64,000 nucleotides of DNA, from NCBI GenBank assembly GCA_041477065.1, contig JBGOUQ010000001.1, positions 77,258-141,257 on the forward strand, in the 5' to 3' direction. The stretch is from Gemmatimonadota bacterium. GTDB taxonomy: Bacteria > Gemmatimonadota > Gemmatimonadetes > Gemmatimonadales > GWC2-71-9. Position 1 is the first letter of the stretch, and every line of letters starts with the position of its first letter. A program made the position numbers and the translations under genes. A model generated the notes under the pieces. It was given only the letters and a program-made list of their open reading frames with translations, ran no database searches and had not been told where the DNA came from. Positions 25,285-32,266 of the stretch are shown piece by piece.

Positions 25285-27273
25285 TCAGCCGCCCGCCTGC
25301 TCCTGGAGGAGCCGCTCCACCGCCGCCTTCGCCTCCTCCGGCTTCACCCCGGCGAAGTCCACGGGGCACTTGTCCATTTTCTCCTCGATGTCCCGGATCG
25401 GGCAGCGGGTGATGCCCTGCGCCTTCGCCTCCTCGATGAACGCGCGCATCTCGGGCGACAGCGCGTCTTTCCCCTCCGCCTCGGCACGGATCTGCTTGGC
25501 CCGCAGCTCGGTGAACATCACCATCATCGTCTCGACATCGAATTCGTCGGCCTCGATCATCGCCTGTTTGTTTTCGTCCATCACCCGCGTGGTGACGCGC
25601 CAGATCGCGTGGTTGCGGGCGAAGCGCTCCACCGTGTTCCGCGCCAGCGGCCGCGCGATCAGCGGGACGAGCTGCAGCCGCTGCCACCCCTCCTCGGTCC
25701 ACACGATCGGGTCGGTCGCGACCCGCGGGCGCTTGGACACCACCCCCGTCACGGGACACTTCACCTCGACTTCCGGGGACAGGGACTCGGGATCGGCGTC
25801 ATGCCCCTGCACCTTCGTCGCCTTCATCTGCTCCTGAGCCTTCACCTCGGCGAGTACGATCTCCTCGGCGCTCCCGATCCCCATGATCAGCTGCATGTGA
25901 GTGGGCAGCAGCTTCTGGATCGCCTCGTCGAGCCACCTGTTGGTGATCGTCAATCCAGGCTCCCCGCTGTGCTCCAGAGCGTATTCCTCGACCGCGCGCC
26001 GAGCGATCCCCTGCGCGAACGGCGGCACGCGCAGGATCCGAACTTCGGCCTCCGGCGCCCACGGCAGCCCCGCCTGGCCGTCCTCTTCGATCCACGGAAT
26101 GTCTTCGGGCCGGATCCCCACCGTGCCGGCGAGCAGCAGGTTGCACGGCGCGAGCCGAATCAGGTTCTCGGCCTGGGAGCCCAGGTCCGTGCCTTCGATG
26201 CGGTGCGCGCCGTGGCGCGCCACGACGAGCAGCGACGGCTTGATCTCCTCGGCCCACTGCATGATCACCTGGAACGGCTTGCCGATTAGGATCTGCGTCG
26301 TGAGCGGGACGTCGGGATACTCCCGCGCCATCACCTCAGCGCGCTTCAGGTTCGCCTGGCACAGCTTGAGCAACCCCTTGTCGATGATGTTGTTATGCAG
26401 CTCCTCCTGCTCCTCGAACTTGAACACCTTCGAGGCCTGGTAGGAGAGCACGTCCTTGATGTTGTGGAAGACGACGTGGTGATACTCAACGTCGAACGCG
26501 CTGCAGGCGAAGACCGAGCCGCCGAAGGCGTGAGCCAGCTCGAGCGCGGCCTTCATCGCTTTGTAGCCGTAGGACGACCCGTCCACGCAGACCTGGAAGC
26601 GCCCACCTTCCAGGGGCCGATCGTCGCGGACGATGAGCACGTCCTTCTCGATGCCGCGCAGGGCGCGGGCCACCACTCCACCGAGCTGCGAGTAGGGCTG
26701 TCGGCCCAAGCCGTGAGCCCCGATTGCGACGAGATCGTACTGGCGACCGGAGCTGCCCACGAGCCGGGCGGCGCTGTCTTCTTCCTCCGCCACGAGACGG
26801 CCGTTCTCCCCGACCTGCACGTCCCCGCGCACCTTGTCGCCGCCGTCGTAGCCGGCGGCCCGGTTGGGGTCGAAGCCGATCAGTCCGGGGAGGCGGCCGG
26901 CGCCGCGGTTCACTTCGTTGACGATCTCTTCGTAATTGATGCCCTCGAGGAGCTGCCGGGTCAGCGCCACGCCGGCCGCTTCGCATTTCTTGCCGAGCTG
27001 GTCGAGGAAGCTGTCGGCGATCAGCTGCAGCCCCTTCTCGATCAACTTGTCGTGGATCTTGCGCTGGCGTTTGATCTCGTCGGGGGTCTGGAACTGCGCG
27101 GGGAGGCCGGTCTCGAGTTGGCGGAAGCGGACATCGTGGAGTCGGGCGGCGTAGACATGGTTGCCGGTGATGCGCCCGCCGGAGCGACGACACAACTCGA
27201 TGGCCCGTCCGACGGCCCAATCCGAGTGCTGCGAGTTGTCGACAGGTACGAAAACCTCGCGATACACCGGCAC
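25285..27273 (-). CDS. Tandem universal-stress-protein (USP) domains followed by two PCP_red-like domains and an acidic/Cys-containing tail
   Basis: GTG start after GGGAGG. USP motifs VFVPVDNSQHS...LVAIGAHGLG...VLIVR and FQVCVDGSSYG...LLVVARHGAHR...NLLLAG. Then LPWAPEAEVRILRVPPFAQGIARR and IVWTEEGWQRLQLVPLIARPLARN. Confidence 0.75.
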   Translation of the reverse strand: MPVYREVFVPVDNSQHSDWAVGRAIELCRRSGGRITGNHVYAARLHDVRFRQLETGLPAQFQTPDEIKRQRKIHDKLIEKGLQLIADSFLDQLGKKCEAAGVALTRQLLEGINYEEIVNEVNRGAGRLPGLIGFDPNRAAGYDGGDKVRGDVQVGENGRLVAEEEDSAARLVGSSGRQYDLVAIGAHGLGRQPYSQLGGVVARALRGIEKDVLIVRDDRPLEGGRFQVCVDGSSYGYKAMKAALELAHAFGGSVFACSAFDVEYHHVVFHNIKDVLSYQASKVFKFEEQEELHNNIIDKGLLKLCQANLKRAEVMAREYPDVPLTTQILIGKPFQVIMQWAEEIKPSLLVVARHGAHRIEGTDLGSQAENLIRLAPCNLLLAGTVGIRPEDIPWIEEDGQAGLPWAPEAEVRILRVPPFAQGIARRAVEEYALEHSGEPGLTITNRWLDEAIQKLLPTHMQLIMGIGSAEEIVLAEVKAQEQMKATKVQGHDADPESLSPEVEVKCPVTGVVSKRPRVATDPIVWTEEGWQRLQLVPLIARPLARNTVERFARNHAIWRVTTRVMDENKQAMIEADEFDVETMMVMFTELRAKQIRAEAEGKDALSPEMRAFIEEAKAQGITRCPIRDIEEKMDKCPVDFAGVKPEEAKAAVERLLQEQAGG

Positions 27274-27432
27274 CTCCCTCAGGCGGGGGTGGACCGGGCA
27301 TACACGACTCAGTCGCCGGGCCCGGGGTCTGCCGCCGGGTTCGGAGCTATCGGCAACGAGTCATGGATGTATGTCCGACCGTCACGGCGGGCGATGCCCG
27401 CCAAGGTATTTGCCGTACGGTGATGCCGGGCG

Positions 27433-27461
27433 AGTATGACGTGCTGGAATCTGGCTGTCAA
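27433..27461 (-). promoter_or_regulatory. Candidate sigma70-type promoter for the USP / radical SAM / CydA-like transcription unit
   Basis: The minus strand reads TTGACA (27461-27456), a 17 nt spacer, then CATACT (27438-27433). It sits in the only intergenic gap over 40 nt (27274-27457) in the 13.7-29.0 kb gene array. The -35 hexamer overlaps the ferredoxin stop codon. Confidence 0.3.
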
Positions 27462-27718
27462 GTAAGAAGGGGAGAGGGCGGCACGAGCTGCGTGCCCTGC
27501 GCATCCCACACCGTAATCGCGTCCACCGGGCAGGCGTCGCACGCCCGGAGCAGGCGCTCTCGCTCGACCGTATTCGGATCGACGAATACCGCGAGCCCGT
27601 CCGCGTCCAACTTGAAGCCTTCCGGCGCCTCAGTCACACAGTCACCGAACCCGACGCACAGCTCGCGGTCGATGCGGACCTTCAGGCCGTAGACGATCCG
27701 CTCGTCGGCGTCGCTCAC
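27458..27718 (-). CDS. Small single-cluster ferredoxin ([3Fe-4S]/[4Fe-4S] type)
   Basis: C-terminal 86 aa of track ORF 27458..28138; GTG 27718 overlaps the upstream stop (GTGA). RIDRELCVGFGDCVTEAP ... LLRACDACPVDAI. Confidence 0.75.
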   Translation of the reverse strand: MSDADERIVYGLKVRIDRELCVGFGDCVTEAPEGFKLDADGLAVFVDPNTVERERLLRACDACPVDAITVWDAQGTQLVPPSPLLT

Positions 27719-28158
27719 ATCCCCTCCAACCCCAACTCCACGCGCGCCGTGTCCATTACCGCGGTCGTGATCTCCCCGATCCCGCGCTCTTTCGCATAGT
27801 CCGTGTAGATCTTTTTCACCATCCCGCGCACGAACGCGGGCACGCGCCCCAGCCGCTCCTGTGCCTCCGCCGACCAGACAGGAGCGCCGGCGGCTGGCCG
27901 TTCGCCGTCCGTGAAGGCATCCGCGCGACCCGTCGCCACCATCCCCCGCACCGTTTCGAGCGGCTGCGCCGGCACGGTGCGGCCCCCGATCACCACGCCG
28001 AGCGAGGCGACGAGCTGCGTCTCCATCGGGTTCGTCAGCATCGCCACGACACGACCGCAGGCGGGACAGCTGAACGCGGCGGCCAGCGTGCCGTCGCCGG
28101 GCAGCTGCCGCTCCTCGAAAACCATCTGCTTGTCGCACCCGACGCAGAGGAACTTCAT
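27715..28158 (-). CDS. Zn-ribbon (CxxC...CxxC) protein with a C-terminal PCP_red-like domain
   Basis: Track ORF 27715..28278; ATG 28158. MKFLCVGCDKQ...FSCPACGRV, then VWSAEAQERLGRVPAFVRGMVKKIYTDYAKERG. Confidence 0.65.
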   Translation of the reverse strand: MKFLCVGCDKQMVFEERQLPGDGTLAAAFSCPACGRVVAMLTNPMETQLVASLGVVIGGRTVPAQPLETVRGMVATGRADAFTDGERPAAGAPVWSAEAQERLGRVPAFVRGMVKKIYTDYAKERGIGEITTAVMDTARVELGLEGM

Positions 28159-28159
28159 A

Positions 28160-28190
28160 GTGCGGAGCGCGGAATGCGGAATGCGGAATG
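28160..28190. repeat. (GCGGAATG)n repeat, locus C (single arm)
   Basis: gtgcggagcgcggaatgcggaatgcggaatg fills almost the whole 34-nt gap between the Mrp-like stop (28193) and the Zn-ribbon gene start (28158). Confidence 0.75.
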
Positions 28191-28192
28191 GC

Positions 28193-28987
28193 TCATGTCG
28201 GGCTTCCGAGACGTCGGGCGAGGTCGTCCCACGCCCCGGCGTCGGGATGGAACGGCAGCCGGGCGAGCACGGCGACACCGAACTCCTCCGCCAGCTCGAC
28301 TCCCGCGTTCCCGGAGAAGTCCCCGCCCGTCATGTTTTCCACGACGCCGAGCAGGCTCGCGCCGCGCTCGACGGCCGCGCGCATCGCCCGCCGCACCGCG
28401 TCGCGCGACTCCGGCGTCGGGATGGTCACGGTCAACACCTGGGGTGGCGCGGGCAGTAGATCGCATAGCTCGAGCAAGCGCTGCATCCCGGGCGGCAGAT
28501 CGAGCAGCAGCATATCCAGCGCGCCCCACGCCACGTCGCCGAGGAACTCCCGCAGGGCAGCCGCTTCGAGCGTCCCACGCCACACAAAGCTCTCGGCCTG
28601 CGGGCCGCGGAAGGCGAGCGGCGCGCCGTCCTCGAGCAGCAGGTCCATGGACATGCACGTCACCCCATCGAGCCCGATGGCAGGCTCCACCCCGTCCGAG
28701 TGCGTGGTGCGTGGCGCGTAGGGAACCTCGAGCAGCCGCGGGATGGTCGGACCGTTCAAATCCGCGTCGAGGACACCCACGCGCCGTCCGGCGCGGGCCA
28801 GGGCGCGCGCAAGCTGCGCCGTGACGAAGCTCTTGCCGACACCGCCCTTGCCGCTCATCACGGCGATGAGACGCCCGACGCCGGCGAGGCGGTCGGCCAC
28901 GCGGCGCCGCTGGGCCCCGATCTGCTCCGGCAGCCCGGAGCGGTCCGCCCCGGCGAGGTCGTGATAAGTGCGCACGTTGAGTGGCAT
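28193..28987 (-). CDS. Mrp/NBP35 (ApbC)-family P-loop ATPase, lacking the usual CxxC cluster-bridging motif
   Basis: Track ORF 28193..29074; ATG 28987. Deviant Walker A VMSGKGGVGKS, then VLDADLNGPTIP and GVVENMTGGDFSGNAGVELAEEFG, where Mrp proteins normally carry CxxC. Confidence 0.8.
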   Translation of the reverse strand: MPLNVRTYHDLAGADRSGLPEQIGAQRRRVADRLAGVGRLIAVMSGKGGVGKSFVTAQLARALARAGRRVGVLDADLNGPTIPRLLEVPYAPRTTHSDGVEPAIGLDGVTCMSMDLLLEDGAPLAFRGPQAESFVWRGTLEAAALREFLGDVAWGALDMLLLDLPPGMQRLLELCDLLPAPPQVLTVTIPTPESRDAVRRAMRAAVERGASLLGVVENMTGGDFSGNAGVELAEEFGVAVLARLPFHPDAGAWDDLARRLGSPT

Positions 28988-28995
28988 TCCGGGAC

Positions 28996-29001
28996 TATAA
29001 T
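28996..29001 (+). promoter_or_regulatory. Possible -10 element for greA
   Basis: Perfect TATAAT 23 nt upstream of the greA ATG, inside the 37-nt divergent gap. No well-spaced -35 (TTGAGT is only 13 nt away). Confidence 0.2.
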
Positions 29002-29024
29002 GCCTAGCTTCCCGGCTCGCCGCT

Positions 29025-29519
29025 ATGATCGACGAACTGAAGCAGAAGCTCCAGGCCGAAGTCGAGCGCCTCAATCACGAGATCAACTTCGTCCTGCCGA
29101 AGGAGATCGAAAAGGCGCGCGCCCACGGCGACCTGCGCGAGAATTCCGAATTCAAGGCCGCTCTCGAGCGCCAGCAGTTCGTCACGTCGCGCCTCTCGCA
29201 CCTCCGGCTGCGGCTTTCCAAACTGAGCAGCGTGCGTGAATCCGACATCCCGCGCGACCGCGTCGGCTTCGGCTCGCGTGTGACGGTCCGGGATCTCGAC
29301 ACCAAGCAGACCGAGGTCTACGCGCTGACCCTGGGAGAGTTCATCGAAGGCGACGACGACCTGGTCGAGATGCCGGTCTCGATGGCCTCGCCGCTCGGCA
29401 AGTCCCTGCTCGGCGGCACGGTGGGGCAGTCGCTGACGATCGCTCTGCCGATGGGGAAGCGGCGCTTCAAGATCGTGGACCTGGTGACGGTCCACGACAT
29501 CGTCGCGGGGAAGGACTGA
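29025..29519 (+). CDS. greA: Transcription elongation factor GreA
   Basis: 164 aa. N-terminal coiled coil with ...AHGDLRENSEFKAALERQ. C-terminal GreA/B domain (GFGSRVTVRDLDT...). Confidence 0.9.
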   Translation: MIDELKQKLQAEVERLNHEINFVLPKEIEKARAHGDLRENSEFKAALERQQFVTSRLSHLRLRLSKLSSVRESDIPRDRVGFGSRVTVRDLDTKQTEVYALTLGEFIEGDDDLVEMPVSMASPLGKSLLGGTVGQSLTIALPMGKRRFKIVDLVTVHDIVAGKD

Positions 29520-29522
29520 GCG

Positions 29523-30116
29523 CTACAGGGTGAGGTGGAAGACCATCGGACCCGTCGGCGCGCTCGCGCCCTGCCGGGCCTCGATGCTCATCGCGGCGCC
29601 CAGCACGCGGCTCGAGTCGCCCGGCATGTCGAGGGCGAGCACCATCGGCGTATCGGTGTTCATCGGCATCACCGCCGCGCTCCTCATTCCCTTATCCGTG
29701 ATAAACCACAGCTGGTAGGACTGGTCGGGCTCGTTGGGCGCGAGCCCCTCACACCGCACCAGCCACCGGTGCTTGGTCCGATCGGCGAAAATCGTGATTG
29801 CTCCCACCCGCCCGTTGGTGGACACGGGGATCTGGATCACCCGTGACGTGGTCCCCACGACGTACGACAGGCTGTCCCGCGCCGCTTGGACTTCGGCCCA
29901 TAGCCGGTCCCGCTCGCCGCGAAGAGTGGTGAGTGCCCGGTAGCCCCAGACCGCACCCGCGATCAGCACCATCACCGCGGCCACGGCGAGCCCTGCTCCT
30001 CCCCTCCATCGCACCCCCCTCACTCGCTGCCGCTCCAGCGCGCGCCCCAGCACCCGCGCCCTGAGCTCCGGGCGCGGCGCCTGCGGACGGGCCGACATCC
30101 CCAGCCAGTCGCTCAT
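29523..30116 (-). CDS. Anti-sigma factor, RskA-like (single TM, periplasmic anti-sigma-K domain)
   Basis: Track ORF 29523..30524; ATG 30116 overlaps the sigma-factor stop (ATGA). TM helix GLAVAAVMVLIAGAVWGY. C-terminal YQLWFITDKG...MVLALDMP. Confidence 0.7.
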   Translation of the reverse strand: MSDWLGMSARPQAPRPELRARVLGRALERQRVRGVRWRGGAGLAVAAVMVLIAGAVWGYRALTTLRGERDRLWAEVQAARDSLSYVVGTTSRVIQIPVSTNGRVGAITIFADRTKHRWLVRCEGLAPNEPDQSYQLWFITDKGMRSAAVMPMNTDTPMVLALDMPGDSSRVLGAAMSIEARQGASAPTGPMVFHLTL

Positions 30117-30712
30117 GCCATCCAGTCCCTCACCTGACGCAAGCTCTCCTCCAGTTTCCCCTGCGCGATGCGCAGACGCGTCTTCACCGTCCCCAGCGGC
30201 TGGCCGGTCCGCCGGGCGATCTCCGAGTGTGTGAGCCCCTCGAAGTACGCGAGCCCCACTACCCGGCGTTGCTCCTCCGGCAGCGCGGCCAGCGCCGCGT
30301 GTATCGCCTGGTGCACCGGCCAGCCCGGTACCGACGCCTCCGCCGGGTCGGGAGCAGGGATGTGATCCCCCGTCTCGGCCGACCGGGCCCGCTCCCACCG
30401 CTCCGCCTTGCGCCACCACCGGCGGCGGCGCCGCAGGGCGTCGAGAGCCCGGTTGCGAGCGATCGACAGTACCCACGGCACCAGCGCCCCCCGCTTCGCG
30501 TCGTGCTGGTCGATGTGGTCCCAAACCTGCACGAACACGTCGCTCAGGACATCTTCGGCCTCCCCCTCGTCTTGCAGGATCCGCAGGGCGAGGCCCAGCA
30601 CCCAGGGAGCGAGTTGGTCGTACAGCTCCGCCAGCGCCCGCTCCTCGCGGGATTTCAGGCGCCGCAACAGCGCCAATTCGTGCTCTTGACTAAGACGTTC
30701 TGGCCGGGTCAC
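30113..30712 (-). CDS. ECF-type RNA polymerase sigma factor
   Basis: Region 2 (DVLSDVFVQVWDHI...) and region 4 HTH (LTHSEIARRTGQPLGTVKTRLRIAQ). Confidence 0.9.
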   Translation of the reverse strand: MTRPERLSQEHELALLRRLKSREERALAELYDQLAPWVLGLALRILQDEGEAEDVLSDVFVQVWDHIDQHDAKRGALVPWVLSIARNRALDALRRRRRWWRKAERWERARSAETGDHIPAPDPAEASVPGWPVHQAIHAALAALPEEQRRVVGLAYFEGLTHSEIARRTGQPLGTVKTRLRIAQGKLEESLRQVRDWMA

Positions 30713-30776
30713 TTAGATTCCAAGGTATCCACCGACTGGAGGGCCTACCAGGCCGTCCGTTCACTAGTCTTGCGAG

Positions 30777-31442
30777 GTGTCTCGAGTTATGGCTCTTGTT
30801 TCCCGCATGCCGTTCGGCGTGCTGCTCGCGCTTCCGATCGCCCTGACCGCCCAACAGAGCGCCGATCCAAACAACGCGGTGGCCGGCGGGGGTTCCCTCC
30901 CGGCCGGGTGGCACGCGCACACCGAACGGAACGCCCCGCTGGCGAGCGTGAAGTTCGTCGCGATGGGAAACGGACAGCACGTGACGCTCGGTCCCGCCGC
31001 GATCTTCTGGCGCGACGCCGACACCGTCTCGGGGCAGTATCACACCGTCGCGACGTTCACGCAGACCAAGGCGCCCCGGCACCCTGAGGGTTATGGCCTG
31101 CTGTTCGGCGGCCGTGACCTCGCGGGGGCAGGCCAGCGCTACACCTACTTCCTGGTGCGCGGCGACGGGACATTCCTCATCAAGCGTCGCAACGGCGATT
31201 CGCTCGCTTTCATCACGCCCGACTGGACGCCGAATGCGGCGGTCGTGAAGGCGGACAGCGCCGGCGCCGCCACCAACGAGCTAGGCGTGGCGGTGAAAGG
31301 GGACAGCGTCCGGTTCCTGGTCAACGGCAAGGACGTGTACGTCACGAAGGCCGGCAACGTGGACGTCGCGGGTTTGGTGGGCTATCGGGTGAACCACAAT
31401 CTCGACGTGCACGTCAAGACCGTGGAGATCCACCGATTCTAA
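30777..31442 (+). CDS. Secreted protein, LamG/DUF1080-like jelly-roll (tentative)
   Basis: Signal peptide ...LALPIALTAQQ. Beta-rich; the pattern ...GYGLLFGG...YFLVRGDGTFLIKRR...VRFLVNGKDVY resembles the concanavalin-like fold. Confidence 0.45.
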   Translation: MSRVMALVSRMPFGVLLALPIALTAQQSADPNNAVAGGGSLPAGWHAHTERNAPLASVKFVAMGNGQHVTLGPAAIFWRDADTVSGQYHTVATFTQTKAPRHPEGYGLLFGGRDLAGAGQRYTYFLVRGDGTFLIKRRNGDSLAFITPDWTPNAAVVKADSAGAATNELGVAVKGDSVRFLVNGKDVYVTKAGNVDVAGLVGYRVNHNLDVHVKTVEIHRF

Positions 31443-31450
31443 CGCGACCG

Positions 31451-32266
31451 GTGGGATACGAAGAAGAGGACGACAAGTTCTCGTTCGCGCCGTTCACCCG
31501 GCACCCGTTCTTCGCGCAGGTGAACCGGTGGATCGTGGAGCGCGTGATCTGTCCGGGGCGCCAGGTGATCGTGGATCTCGGGTGCGGCCCAGGCGCCGTC
31601 ACGAAGCTGATCCTCGAGCGCCTCGGTGACGCGCGCGACGTCCGGGTGATCGGCATCGACCCGTCGGCCTCGGCCATCGAACGGGCGCGGACAGCGATCA
31701 AGTCGCGAATCGCCGAGTTCGTGCAGGGCACCGCTGAGAGTCTCTCGCGCATCGTCCCGCGGGCGGACGCCGTGGTGTTCCTCAACGCCATCCATCTGGT
31801 GCCCAACAAGGCCCAGGTGATCGGCGAGGTGCGCAAGATCCTCCCGAGCGGGGGCGTCTTCGCGTTCAACTCGACCTTCTTCAACGGCGCCTATGTGGAG
31901 GGGACGGCGAAATTCTGGCGCCGCTGGATCGTGCGGGCGGTGCAGGCAGTGCGGGAGCGCGGCCTCGACGTGCATCATACGGAGAAAGCCACCGCGCGGG
32001 ACTTCCTCACCCCCGAAGAGTACTCGGCCCTGTGCGTGGCGGCGGGGTTCCGCCCGCCGGCGATCGAGCTCGTCAAGGTCGACTTCACCTTCGAGAGCAT
32101 GCGCGACATCGGCCGCTTCTCCCTCTTCATCGAAGGCGCGCTGCCCGGCGTCCCGCTCGAGGAAGGCGCGCAGGCGCTCGAGCTCGGCCTCACGCGGACC
32201 ATGGACGAGCTTGGCGTCTCTACGGTACCGCGCTTCTGGATGGAAGCGGTCGCGACGGCGGCCTGA
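31451..32266 (+). CDS. Class I SAM-dependent methyltransferase
   Basis: Motif I VIVDLGCGPGAVT; motif post-I/II DAVVFLNAIH. Confidence 0.8.
   Translation: MGYEEEDDKFSFAPFTRHPFFAQVNRWIVERVICPGRQVIVDLGCGPGAVTKLILERLGDARDVRVIGIDPSASAIERARTAIKSRIAEFVQGTAESLSRIVPRADAVVFLNAIHLVPNKAQVIGEVRKILPSGGVFAFNSTFFNGAYVEGTAKFWRRWIVRAVQAVRERGLDVHHTEKATARDFLTPEEYSALCVAAGFRPPAIELVKVDFTFESMRDIGRFSLFIEGALPGVPLEEGAQALELGLTRTMDELGVSTVPRFWMEAVATAA

Noticed and set aside
24005-28158. PCP_red domains as evidence of a (bacterio)chlorophyll/DPOR gene cluster.
   Set aside because: No BchN/BchB/BchL-like catalytic domains or other photosynthesis genes are present. Only the small C-terminal capping-domain motif recurs, attached to unrelated proteins.
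7066-28190. (GCGGAATG)n repeats considered as a possible CRISPR array or minisatellite.
   Set aside because: The units are only 7-8 nt, directly abutting and degenerate, with no 25-40 nt spacers and no cas genes. The inverted-arm organisation fits REP/hairpin elements instead.
28977-29001. TTGAGT...TATAAT as a complete sigma70 promoter for greA.
   Set aside because: The spacer is only 13 nt. Only the -10 hexamer is kept, as a low-confidence feature.
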